A stretch of 64,000 nucleotides of DNA, taken from the NCBI GenBank assembly GCA_040376855.1, contig JBEIPV010000002.1:666-64665 (forward strand), in the 5' to 3' direction. Below the pieces are notes generated by a model that was given only the letters and a program-made list of their open reading frames with translations, did not search any database and was not told the origin of the DNA. Each line of letters starts with the position of its first letter. The first letter of the stretch is position 1. Source of the stretch: Bacteriovorax sp. (GTDB taxonomy: Bacteria > Bdellovibrionota > Bacteriovoracia > Bacteriovoracales > Bacteriovoracaceae). A program made the position numbers and the translations under genes. Below, piece by piece: positions 28,217-37,755 of this stretch.

Positions 28217-29353
28217 ATGAACGAATTACAAGTTGAACTTAAGTCACAATTAGAAAAATTCTGTCTTGCTAAAATCGAGCCCCATATGGAGCACGATGAT
28301 GAAGTTGAAGAATTCCGTATGGACATCTTCACTGACCTCGGAAACTTAGGCTTTTGTGGAATGACTATTCCAGAAAACTACGGTGGAGCAGGTCTTTCAT
28401 ACCAGGACTGTGCAGTCGCTCTTGAAGAGATTGCTAAATACTCTGTGTCTTATTCGGTAACAGTTTCAGTATCGACAATGGTTCAGGCCATCATCAACGA
28501 TTTCGGAACTGAAAAGCAAAAGACAACATACCTTCCTGCTCTAACAGCTGGAGCTGAGATCGGAGCTTTTTGTTTAAGTGAATCAAGTGCAGGATCAGAT
28601 GCAGGGTCACTAAAAACGACAGCTAAAAAAGTTGATGGTGGATATGTTCTTAACGGAACAAAAATGTGGATCACATCTGGTGGGATCGCCAAAACATATA
28701 TCGTTATGGCACGCACTGGGGACGCTGGATCTAAAGGGATCACAGCTTTCATCGTAAGAGATGGAGTCCCGGGATTATCATTCGGTAAAAAAGAAAAGAA
28801 AATGGGATGGAGAGCAAGCCCTACTCGCGAAGTGATTTTCGAGAACTGCTTTGTTCCTGATGAAAATATCTTAATTGGCGAAGGCCAGGGATTTAAAGTG
28901 GCAATGGCCGCTTTAGATAAGGGAAGAATCACGATTGGTGCAGTGGCCGTTGGGTTATCTCAAAGAGCGCTGGATGAATCAGTGAAATACTCTCTTACTC
29001 GCCAACAATTCAACCACGCTATTTTCGAATTCCAAGGTCTGCAATTCATGATGGCCGATATGGCCTGTGAAATTGAAGCTTCAAGACTACTAGTTCAAGA
29101 GGCTGCAAGACTTTACGATTCTGGAAAACCAAATCAAAAAATCGCTTCATTTGCCAAACTTAAAGCAACTGATACGGCGATGAAAGTGACAACTGATGCT
29201 GTTCAGATCTTAGGAGGCGTGGGTTACACTCGTGAATACCCTCTTGAGCGCTTCATGAGAGATGCAAAAGTGTTACAAATTGTCGAAGGAACGAATCAGG
29301 TTCAACGAGTGGTTATCGCTCGTCAGTTAAAAAAAGAATACCAAACTCACTAG
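28217..29353 (+). CDS. Acyl-CoA dehydrogenase, short/branched-chain type
   Basis: FCLSESSAGSD, NGTKMWIT, GRITIGA, QIVEGTNQVQR. Confidence 0.93.
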   Translation: MNELQVELKSQLEKFCLAKIEPHMEHDDEVEEFRMDIFTDLGNLGFCGMTIPENYGGAGLSYQDCAVALEEIAKYSVSYSVTVSVSTMVQAIINDFGTEKQKTTYLPALTAGAEIGAFCLSESSAGSDAGSLKTTAKKVDGGYVLNGTKMWITSGGIAKTYIVMARTGDAGSKGITAFIVRDGVPGLSFGKKEKKMGWRASPTREVIFENCFVPDENILIGEGQGFKVAMAALDKGRITIGAVAVGLSQRALDESVKYSLTRQQFNHAIFEFQGLQFMMADMACEIEASRLLVQEAARLYDSGKPNQKIASFAKLKATDTAMKVTTDAVQILGGVGYTREYPLERFMRDAKVLQIVEGTNQVQRVVIARQLKKEYQTH

Positions 29354-29365
29354 GAATAAAAAAAT

Positions 29366-30634
29366 ATGTCACTGCAATTTAAGTTTTTTCCAGAGCGTCC
29401 ATATATTTCGAACGAGCTTGCGGCCAATAAGATTGATATCTTCAAAAGTATCATCAACAATGCCCGTACTCAGTTCTTCTATACTTTCAATCGCACAGAA
29501 CTGGAAACGACGACAAAAGCCGTTTACAAAAAATTCTCTGACAGAAAAGTGTTTGTTCACATTGGTATTGGTGGATCGAGCCTAGGCCCAGAAATGATGG
29601 TCAGTGCTCTTCAAAAAAACGATACAAAATTTATCTTCATCAACAACATTGACCCGGAAGAGCTGCACTCTCAAATGAACATGTTAAAAAGTGTTGATTT
29701 AAAAGACTGCTTGTTTTACTTCGTATCAAAGTCAGGTGGAACAGCTGAAACACTAGCTGCTCTTGCCATCATCACGCAGCTTTTCGAGTCTCGTGGAGTA
29801 AAACCTGCTGAATACAAAAATTATTTTGTCTTCGCCACAGACCCGGTTAAGAGTGAGCTGCTGACTCTTTCAAAAGAATGGGACATCACAACTCTGGAAG
29901 TGCCAAGTGATGTAGGTGGACGTTTTACTGCGCTAACACCGGTTGGATTCCTTCCTGCTCTATTTGCTGGAATGGATTTAGATTTATTTATTAAAGGCGC
30001 AAAAGATGCACAAGCAGATCTTCTATCGACAGATGGAAAGAGCAATGAGCTTATTGCTGCCGCTGAATTTCTTTTTCACCTAAAAGCTAAAAAAGGAATT
30101 TCTCAGACTGTGTTCATGCCTTACTCATCAAAACTAAGATCACTCTCTTTCTGGTTCACACAACTGTGGGCAGAAAGTCTTGGTAAAAAGAAAAACAGAA
30201 AAGGCGACATGGTTAATGTTGGTTTCACACCTATCGTAGGATACGGGGCGACTGATCAGCATTCACAAGTTCAGCTTTTTATGGAAGGGCCAAACGATAA
30301 AGCTTTTATCATTGTTGAAGTTGAAAAATTCGCTCACGACTTCCCTCTTCACTCAGTGCTTTCGAGCAATAACCTTTCAAAACTATCAACTTTTAGCCTA
30401 TCAAATTTGATGAAAGCTGAAATGGAAGGGACGATTAAGGCCCTAAGAGAAAACGAAAGGAACATCATCCACGTAAAAATCGCAAAAAACGATGAATACC
30501 ATTTAGCTCAGATGATTCTTTTCTTTGAAAGTTTAACAGCGCTTATGGGTGACTACCTAATGATTGATCCTTTTGATCAACCAGGGGTTGAAGCCGGGAA
30601 GATCTACGCATTTGAATTTTTGAACCAGTTGTAA
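29366..30634 (+). CDS. pgi: Glucose-6-phosphate isomerase
   Basis: IGIGGSSLG, SKSGGTAET, VGGRFT, QLWAESLGK, DQHS, PFDQPGVEAGK. Confidence 0.96.
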   Translation: MSLQFKFFPERPYISNELAANKIDIFKSIINNARTQFFYTFNRTELETTTKAVYKKFSDRKVFVHIGIGGSSLGPEMMVSALQKNDTKFIFINNIDPEELHSQMNMLKSVDLKDCLFYFVSKSGGTAETLAALAIITQLFESRGVKPAEYKNYFVFATDPVKSELLTLSKEWDITTLEVPSDVGGRFTALTPVGFLPALFAGMDLDLFIKGAKDAQADLLSTDGKSNELIAAAEFLFHLKAKKGISQTVFMPYSSKLRSLSFWFTQLWAESLGKKKNRKGDMVNVGFTPIVGYGATDQHSQVQLFMEGPNDKAFIIVEVEKFAHDFPLHSVLSSNNLSKLSTFSLSNLMKAEMEGTIKALRENERNIIHVKIAKNDEYHLAQMILFFESLTALMGDYLMIDPFDQPGVEAGKIYAFEFLNQL

Positions 30635-30698
30635 AAAGTTGGTCTCTTAGCTAAAATTAGGGCTAAGAAAATCTAGAAAAATAAAGGACCCGCATAAC

Positions 30699-31607
30699 AT
30701 GAGTACTGACGACACAACCATTGTCTTAACTGACATCCGAGCTGCTTTGCAAGCTTCAGAAAAAGAAGCACAACAAAAGCCTGCTGCACTTCTAGTTGTT
30801 GGTGGTGATTTAAATGGAACGCTGTTTGATTTAATTGAAGCGATGACAGGTGTGGGAAGAAACGCTGACAATGCTATTGCATTGGAGTTTAACGGTGTCT
30901 CTCGTTACCATTTTAAGCTTCACGTTTCCGGTGAAACTCACATTCTTGAAGATTGTGGTTCAAAAAACGGAACATACTTAAATAATAAAAAAGTTGAAGG
31001 CAATACTCCACTTGCTAAAGGCGACATCATTAAGATTGGAAGTATCGCACTTAAGTATCTACCGAAAGGAGATCCTGAGCGTCTGACTTACGACAAACTT
31101 AACCTTGAAGCTAACACGGATAAGCACACTGGTTGTTATAACAAAACTTATTTCAACAACCGTATTACTCTTGAAGTGAATAAATCAAAAGTAACAGGTG
31201 ATCCACTATCACTTATTATCTTCGATCTAGATCATTTCAAAAAACTAAACGATAACTACGGCCACGATGCCGGTGATTATGTTCTAAAAGAAATGGCACA
31301 GGTTATTCGTTCAAACGGTATTAGAGAGCAGGACGTCTTCGCCAGATATGGTGGAGAAGAGTTCGTTATCCTTCTGCCAAAAACAAACCTTAAGCAGTCT
31401 TTCGAGATCGCTGAGCGTTTAAGAAAATTAATTGAAAGCAAAGAGTTCATCTACGACGGGAAACGACTTCCCGTAACCGCATCTATTGGAGTTGCAGATT
31501 ACCGCCAGGGTGTAGTCACAGGCACAGATCTTTTCAAAAGAGCTGATGAAGCTGTCTACAAAGCTAAGGAAGGAGGCAGGAATCAGGTACAATTCTATAG
31601 GGGCTAA
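30699..31607 (+). CDS. FHA-GGDEF diguanylate cyclase (DgcB-like)
   Basis: FHA motifs VGR, VSRYH, SKNGT; GGDEF domain DLDHFKKLND.YGH..GD, I-site REQD, RYGGEEF. Confidence 0.93.
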   Translation: MSTDDTTIVLTDIRAALQASEKEAQQKPAALLVVGGDLNGTLFDLIEAMTGVGRNADNAIALEFNGVSRYHFKLHVSGETHILEDCGSKNGTYLNNKKVEGNTPLAKGDIIKIGSIALKYLPKGDPERLTYDKLNLEANTDKHTGCYNKTYFNNRITLEVNKSKVTGDPLSLIIFDLDHFKKLNDNYGHDAGDYVLKEMAQVIRSNGIREQDVFARYGGEEFVILLPKTNLKQSFEIAERLRKLIESKEFIYDGKRLPVTASIGVADYRQGVVTGTDLFKRADEAVYKAKEGGRNQVQFYRG

Positions 31608-33334
31608 TGACATCAATAGATACTAATCCTAAAATTGAAATTTTACCCGAACACATCATTGACCAGATTAAAGCTGGTGAAGTGTTGGAGCGTCCGGCCT
31701 CTTTATTAAAAGAGTTGCTGGAGAATTCTCTTGATGCAGGATCAACTGAAATTCATCTGCACTTAATTGAAAACGGCATGGATCTGCTTTCAATCGAAGA
31801 CAATGGTCACGGGATGACTTTTAAGAATCTTCCCTACGCCTTTCTTCGCCACGCTACCAGCAAGCTTAAAACCTTTGAAGATTTATACCGTCTGCATAGT
31901 TTTGGGTTCCGTGGAGAAGCTCTGGCGAGTGTTGCGGCCTCAGCAAGAGTGACATGTACAACTCAGCCAAAAGATCTAAACGCCGAAGGTGGAAAGATTA
32001 TTATCGCTGGTGGACACACTGAACTTCTGATTGCTCAACAAGCGAGCACTCATGGAACGTCGATTTATATTAAAGACCTCTTTTTTAATACTCCTGCCCG
32101 CTTAAAATTTATTAAGTCGAAAGTGAGTGAAAAGTCCGCTCTTAAAAAAATGATTTACTCTTTTGTCCTTTGTCACCCGGAAGTGACTTTCACGATTAAG
32201 TGGGATGAAAAAGAAAAAGAAATCTTCAAAGCTGTGACAAAAGAAAATGCCAGCGAGAGAATCGCTCAGGTCTTTTTTGGTAGAAAAGCTGAAACTCAAA
32301 ATTTAATTTTCTCAGAAGAAACTTACGACAACTATAGAGTGAAAGTTTATTTCACCAAAGAAACCTACACCACTCCTCAGTACCGTCATCACTACCTATT
32401 CGCTAATAAGAGATTCTTCCAGGACAAGTCACTTCACTCTGCTCTTTTAAGAAACCTTGATGTCTTCTGGCGCTTCGGCGAAAGTGGGCACTATGTTGTA
32501 CAGATTGAAACTCCACCGGAAGAAATCGACGTTAACGTTCACCCGAATAAAATTCAGGTGAAGTTTTTAAGATCAGATGTTGTGTATTCACTACTGGTCA
32601 CTTCGTTAAAAAATGGAATTAAGAGTGTTGCCAGTCAGCAGCCACTGACTGCACAGGAAGGATTTGAATCCACTCCTTCATTTTTTTCAAGATCTGATAA
32701 TCAGAGTTTTGATTTAATGAATCTGACGAGTGATTCAACTATGTCGTCGGGAAGCTCGACTTACGGAAGTGATTATCAGCCTGAGTACAGCCTGTTTAAT
32801 CGTGAATCGGCACTGCTTCAGGATGCTCCGCGCTTTCAACGACTACAAAACCAGTTTTTGATTGCAGATTTAGGGTCTCCTACTTTAATTGACTTAAAAA
32901 AACTCATCATCAATATCTTCGCTAAAGAATTGCAAAATTTCTCCCTGAGTGATGAATCAACCGGGCCACTTTTAATCAGTGAGCCGTTTAAAATTCTCAA
33001 AGGAAAAATCGACGGCCAATTTGAAACTCTTAAAGCGTTAGGGTTTGAATTTGACCGTCTTAATGCCGAGTATATCGTCCTAAGAACGATTCCAAAATTC
33101 CTCCCTCAGGCGCTTTTAGCAGGTCTTTGTGAAGTCCTGATTAAATACTTTAACCTGCCAAAGACTCAGCAATTTGAAAGTGCAACATTCTCAAAGTTCT
33201 TTGATGAGAACTTTTCTGAATCGCTTTTAAATGAAGCTCCGAGCGCATGGATTGAAAAAGCTGTTCACGACAATCTTTGTCCTGAGGCGATGGTTGAACT
33301 GACCACAGAGCGTTTAAAGAGCTTATATAAATGA
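31607..33334 (+). CDS. mutL: DNA mismatch repair protein MutL
   Basis: IKAGEVLERPASLLKELLENSLDAG, RHATSK, GFRGEALAS, DVNVHP.K; upstream of miaA. Confidence 0.93.
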   Translation: MTSIDTNPKIEILPEHIIDQIKAGEVLERPASLLKELLENSLDAGSTEIHLHLIENGMDLLSIEDNGHGMTFKNLPYAFLRHATSKLKTFEDLYRLHSFGFRGEALASVAASARVTCTTQPKDLNAEGGKIIIAGGHTELLIAQQASTHGTSIYIKDLFFNTPARLKFIKSKVSEKSALKKMIYSFVLCHPEVTFTIKWDEKEKEIFKAVTKENASERIAQVFFGRKAETQNLIFSEETYDNYRVKVYFTKETYTTPQYRHHYLFANKRFFQDKSLHSALLRNLDVFWRFGESGHYVVQIETPPEEIDVNVHPNKIQVKFLRSDVVYSLLVTSLKNGIKSVASQQPLTAQEGFESTPSFFSRSDNQSFDLMNLTSDSTMSSGSSTYGSDYQPEYSLFNRESALLQDAPRFQRLQNQFLIADLGSPTLIDLKKLIINIFAKELQNFSLSDESTGPLLISEPFKILKGKIDGQFETLKALGFEFDRLNAEYIVLRTIPKFLPQALLAGLCEVLIKYFNLPKTQQFESATFSKFFDENFSESLLNEAPSAWIEKAVHDNLCPEAMVELTTERLKSLYK

Positions 33335-34296
33335 AAAATAAACTCATTGTTGTTTCAGGGCCTACGGCCAGTGGAAAAACGAAAACCAGTATTGAAATTG
33401 CCAAACACATAGAGAAAACTCTCAACCGTCGTGCTGCCGTTGTTAATTTCGACTCTCTCCTTTTTTATAAAGAAATTTCTATTGGAACGGCCAAGCCTAC
33501 AATGGAAGAACGAGACGGGATCGAACATCACATGATTGATATCGAATCCATCAACAGCCCGATGAATGCTTCTGGATTCATTAAAAAAGGTGAAGAGGCC
33601 ATCCTGGAATTATTCAAACAGGACAAAGTTGTTATCCTGGTTGGCGGAAGTGCCTTTTACTTACGTGCCCTTTTAAAAGGAATGTATGAATCCCCTACTG
33701 CTCCCAAAGAATTAAAAGAAGGGATTACCGAACAATATAAAAATGAAGGGATCACTCCTTTCATTGAGTTCTTAAAAATAAATGACCCACAATCTTTAAT
33801 CAATCTCCATGAAAATGATCACTACCGCCTGATGAGGGCCGTAGAGTATTTTCAATTAACCGGAAATAAGATTTCAGATAAAAAGAAAGAGCATGACCAA
33901 CTCAATCCTTATGACTTCTCTACAATTAGTCACCCATGGGATGTTTTACACTTCTACCTTGATCTTCCTAAAGATGAGCATTTTGAAATCATCAAAAAGC
34001 GCACTAAAGAGATGTTTGATCAGGGATTAATGGATGAAGTAAAAGAGCTAGAGCTCAATGGTTTTTTTATGACTGAAAAACCCCTTGCCTCAATTGGTTA
34101 TAAAGAAGCTCTCGAACTAAAAAATGGCCTGTTTGAAAATGAAGAGCAATGTATTGAGCGCATTGCTATCAGCACCCGCCAGTTGGCGAAGGCCCAGAGA
34201 ACCTTTTTCAATAAAATTACCCCAAAAGAAAGTTTTAATCCAATTCACGATCAGGGTAAGATTAAAGAAAGAGTGACCTCTTTTTTAAAGGAATAA
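33331..34296 (+). CDS. miaA: tRNA dimethylallyltransferase
   Basis: GPTASGKT, DS...Y..ISIGTAKP, VGGSAFY, IGYKE, TRQLAKAQRTFF. Confidence 0.96.
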   Translation: MKNKLIVVSGPTASGKTKTSIEIAKHIEKTLNRRAAVVNFDSLLFYKEISIGTAKPTMEERDGIEHHMIDIESINSPMNASGFIKKGEEAILELFKQDKVVILVGGSAFYLRALLKGMYESPTAPKELKEGITEQYKNEGITPFIEFLKINDPQSLINLHENDHYRLMRAVEYFQLTGNKISDKKKEHDQLNPYDFSTISHPWDVLHFYLDLPKDEHFEIIKKRTKEMFDQGLMDEVKELELNGFFMTEKPLASIGYKEALELKNGLFENEEQCIERIAISTRQLAKAQRTFFNKITPKESFNPIHDQGKIKERVTSFLKE

Positions 34297-34299
34297 AAA

Positions 34300-35154
34300 A
34301 TGAATCGCGAAACTCAACGTTTAAAAATTATCATCATCTCAGACGGAACTGGAGAAACGGCCACGGCAATCTCTCGTGCTGTTATGGCGCAGTTTAAAGA
34401 CCGTGAGGTTTTTTTCACTCGTTATAAAAACATCCGTACCACTGAACAAATTGATGCCATCTTTAACGAAGCCGCTGTTCACCACGATTTAATTATCCAT
34501 ACTATCGTTTCGGGAAAACTGCGCGAGTATATTGCTGAGCTTTCACGTTCAACTCACGTGCGCACACTGGATTTAATCGGGCCGGCACTTACAGCTTTTT
34601 CAAATTATTTTAATCAAGAGCCTATGAGTGAACCGGGACTTCTTCACGCTGTAAATGATGAGTACTACCGTCGTGTTGAAGCGATGGAGTTTACTCTAAA
34701 TCACGATGACGGAAGAAACCTAAATTCTCTTCACCTGGCCGACGTTATTTTAGTGGGTGTTTCGAGAACATCTAAAACACCTCTATCAGTTTATCTTTCT
34801 CAACATGGAATTAAGGTCGTTAATATTCCGATGATTAAAGACCAGCCAATGCCTACTGAGTTATTTGAAGTGGATCAAAGAAAAATCTTTGCTCTGACAA
34901 TTGACCCGGAAATGCTTCGTGAAATCAGAAAAAACCGCCTGCAAAGACTGGGAGCTGAAAAGCACCAGGGTGACTATGCTGAACACAATAAAATTGTCGA
35001 AGAAGTTGAATGGGCCAATGCCATCTTTAAAGAGAATAAACGATGGCCGGTTTTCAATGTGACTGATAAAGCACTTGAAGAAACGGCCGCCGATATTATG
35101 AAACTTTTAAGTATGAGAAAGAATAATATTTTTAAGCAGTCTAAAAGCGAATAA
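34300..35154 (+). CDS. ppsR: PEP synthase/PPDK regulatory kinase-pyrophosphorylase (DUF299)
   Basis: ISDGTGETA, HDDG, GVSRTSKTPLS.YL, DKALEETA. Confidence 0.93.
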   Translation: MNRETQRLKIIIISDGTGETATAISRAVMAQFKDREVFFTRYKNIRTTEQIDAIFNEAAVHHDLIIHTIVSGKLREYIAELSRSTHVRTLDLIGPALTAFSNYFNQEPMSEPGLLHAVNDEYYRRVEAMEFTLNHDDGRNLNSLHLADVILVGVSRTSKTPLSVYLSQHGIKVVNIPMIKDQPMPTELFEVDQRKIFALTIDPEMLREIRKNRLQRLGAEKHQGDYAEHNKIVEEVEWANAIFKENKRWPVFNVTDKALEETAADIMKLLSMRKNNIFKQSKSE

Positions 35155-35156
35155 CC

Positions 35157-37172
35157 TTATAGGAATTCACATAGATCGATTGATTGATCTTCGCGCTTAA
35201 TCGTGATTTCGATCTTACGTTCGATATCCTCACCTTCTTTCTTGAAGAATAACTCGTAGCTCGCAGGTGCAAGACTTCCGTATGCATCCAGGTTTAAAGG
35301 GAAGGCCACACCAAACTCTTGTTTCATTGGCACTGGACTTACTCTCTTTTCACCATAAATTTCAAAACGTAATTCACCTTTTGCACTACATTCTGCAGAA
35401 GTGTAAACATATCCATAAGCAATCGCCGGAGTTTCAGGAATTTCTACTTCAAACGTAGAGTTATTTCCTAAGTTCATTTCTTTGATGAAATGTTTTCTTC
35501 CTTCGATCTGAATTCTTACTGTAAACGGCGCTCCTACCGGAACCATTACAGAATTTAATAAATCAACGTCAGCTTTAGTCCCATTGATGAACACTTGCAT
35601 CTTTTGTTTATCAAAATGAGTCAGCATCATTTTAGCTGATCCACTTAACTCATCTGTCTTAGCTTCAGTTTGTGCCGGCTCTCTGTTTTTTGCATGATCT
35701 TCAACAACGGCCTTTGCTACCACTGGTGCCATTTCTGGCTCTGCAAAAAATGATGTATAAAAGTAAAATCCACCACCAGCAATGAATGCCAACATAGCGG
35801 CATAAGTTCCGGCCGAAGTCTTTTGCTTCGTCGTCGTTTTTGTCTCAGTTTTAAGAACTTTTGTTTGTTCTTTTTTCAGACCACCAATCGTCGACTTTGT
35901 CTGTGCCCCTCTTTTCAGGCCAGTCATCGTACTGTCATTGATATCTGCAATCTTTCTCGACATCGTATTGTCATCAAAAGAGTTTGTCTTCTCTCTTGGA
36001 GCAACGGCCGATTTTTTAACCGTGATTGTATTTTTCTTTTTCTCAGTCGTTTCGAAACCAAAATCCAGGACAACTTCTTTTTTGGCCCCTGAATTTGAAT
36101 CCAGACCCGTCGAAGTTCCAGAAGAAGAACCGCCTTCTGAATTATTAGATCCACGCTCGACTTCTTTCTTAACATCTTCCAGGAAAGGCTTGATATCGAT
36201 CTTACCGAATTCAAACATTTTTTCGCGGTCTTTTTTAATTTCATCACGGAACAATTCCTGAGCGAAATATGAAAGATCGGTAGCGTTGAAATCAGGGTAT
36301 TTTGCATATAAAAACTTCATCAAAGCTCTGTTCATCTGATCAAGATTTTCATAGCGCTTAGATCTGTTTTTACTTAATGCTTTTAATACGATCTCATCCA
36401 GTTCTTTTGGAACATTTGGATTGATTGATGAAGGAACTGGAATTTTACATTCCTGAATCTTCTTTAATACGGCCAGATCGTTATTTTCTTTGAATAACTT
36501 TCTCGAACATAACATTTCCCACAGAGTGATCCCCAGTGCGAACTGATCGTAACGAGCGTCTAGCTCTAACCCTTCCAGGTATTCCGGAGCAAGGTAAGAA
36601 AGTTTCCCCTTGATCGTTCCTGCTTGAGTTGATTCTGAATTTGTTTGTGACTTCGCAATACCGAAGTCAATGATCTTAACTGACCCATCGTACGTAAGCA
36701 TGATGTTATGTGGAGAAATATCACGGTGAATGATATTAGCTTCCTGACCAGTTAACTTATCTCTGAATGTGTGAGCGTAATAAAGCCCCTGACATGCTTG
36801 CGAGATAATATAAGTCGAGATTTCGACTGGAAATACGAATTTGCGTTCTTTTAGTTTATCCAGGTACTCTTTTAAGTTACGTCCATCACAGTACTCCATC
36901 GCAACGAAAAGTTGCCCTTTGTTCATACCGTAATCGTAAGTCTGAATAACGTTCGGGTGAATTAGACCAAAAGTAACTTTGATCTCATCCATAAACATGG
37001 TCTTGAAAGCTTCATCTTTAGAAAACTGCGGCTGGACCATCTTGATGGCCACAACTTTATCCGCCTGCTCACCTAAAAAGCGTGCACGACAAATTTTTGC
37101 CATACCGCCATCGACTAGGTGGTCGAGGATAAGATAACGCCCGAAGCGTTCGCGTTTAGTTTCTGATGACAT
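35157..37172 (-). CDS. Membrane Hanks-type Ser/Thr protein kinase
   Basis: GGMA, VAIK, IIHRDISPHN, KIIDFGIAK, GKLSYLAPE; single TM and extracytoplasmic C-terminus. Confidence 0.95.
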   Translation of the reverse strand: MSSETKRERFGRYLILDHLVDGGMAKICRARFLGEQADKVVAIKMVQPQFSKDEAFKTMFMDEIKVTFGLIHPNVIQTYDYGMNKGQLFVAMEYCDGRNLKEYLDKLKERKFVFPVEISTYIISQACQGLYYAHTFRDKLTGQEANIIHRDISPHNIMLTYDGSVKIIDFGIAKSQTNSESTQAGTIKGKLSYLAPEYLEGLELDARYDQFALGITLWEMLCSRKLFKENNDLAVLKKIQECKIPVPSSINPNVPKELDEIVLKALSKNRSKRYENLDQMNRALMKFLYAKYPDFNATDLSYFAQELFRDEIKKDREKMFEFGKIDIKPFLEDVKKEVERGSNNSEGGSSSGTSTGLDSNSGAKKEVVLDFGFETTEKKKNTITVKKSAVAPREKTNSFDDNTMSRKIADINDSTMTGLKRGAQTKSTIGGLKKEQTKVLKTETKTTTKQKTSAGTYAAMLAFIAGGGFYFYTSFFAEPEMAPVVAKAVVEDHAKNREPAQTEAKTDELSGSAKMMLTHFDKQKMQVFINGTKADVDLLNSVMVPVGAPFTVRIQIEGRKHFIKEMNLGNNSTFEVEIPETPAIAYGYVYTSAECSAKGELRFEIYGEKRVSPVPMKQEFGVAFPLNLDAYGSLAPASYELFFKKEGEDIERKIEITIKREDQSIDLCEFL

Positions 37173-37192
37173 TTTTAAAGCTCCCGACTTCT

Positions 37193-37220
37193 ATATCGGT
37201 AAAATGCACCAAAAACTTAA
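37193..37220 (-). promoter_or_regulatory. Sigma28-like promoter of the kinase gene
   Basis: Minus strand TTAAGTTT-N12-ACCGATAT, ending 20 nt before the ATG. Confidence 0.6.
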
Positions 37221-37233
37221 ATTTATATCTTGT

Positions 37234-37755
37234 TTAGTTTACGATCTTTTCGCTGAAGCCAGGAAAGTTAAAAATCAAAGGTTTATCGTTCTTTTCAGGG
37301 CGGCAAATTCCATAGAGTTGGTATAAACGAAGTGAATTCATTTCTGAATCTGGATGTTGAATGAATTGTTTTTTAAAAGAGACTAGTTCAATTTTTTTAT
37401 AACCTGAGCGATCTAGTTGCTCATTTAAGTACGAGTACGGGATTATTTTAGTATCCTGTGAATAGGCCAGAACGATTCTGAAGTCCCCACATTTTCCGAT
37501 CATGTCCAATTCATCTTTTGAAAACCAAAAATTAAAACTCGATTGTGGTTCAATCGTTCCAAGCATTAGATCAAACTGTAATGTCAGCTCGTGGTACCAA
37601 GACACTCTTTTTAAACTTAAATTTTCCTTCCAGACCTTATCCCCTGCAGTTCCATTTTTTACCAGGAAAAGACCTTCTTTCACTGTATTTTTACTAAGGT
37701 TTGCACACGAAGCAAAAGTTAAAAGAGTCAGAAGTACTATAGAGATTTTTTTCAT
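37234..37755 (-). CDS. Hypothetical lipoprotein
   Basis: MKKISIVLLTLLTFASC lipobox; ATGA overlap with the upstream gene. Confidence 0.85.
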   Translation of the reverse strand: MKKISIVLLTLLTFASCANLSKNTVKEGLFLVKNGTAGDKVWKENLSLKRVSWYHELTLQFDLMLGTIEPQSSFNFWFSKDELDMIGKCGDFRIVLAYSQDTKIIPYSYLNEQLDRSGYKKIELVSFKKQFIQHPDSEMNSLRLYQLYGICRPEKNDKPLIFNFPGFSEKIVN

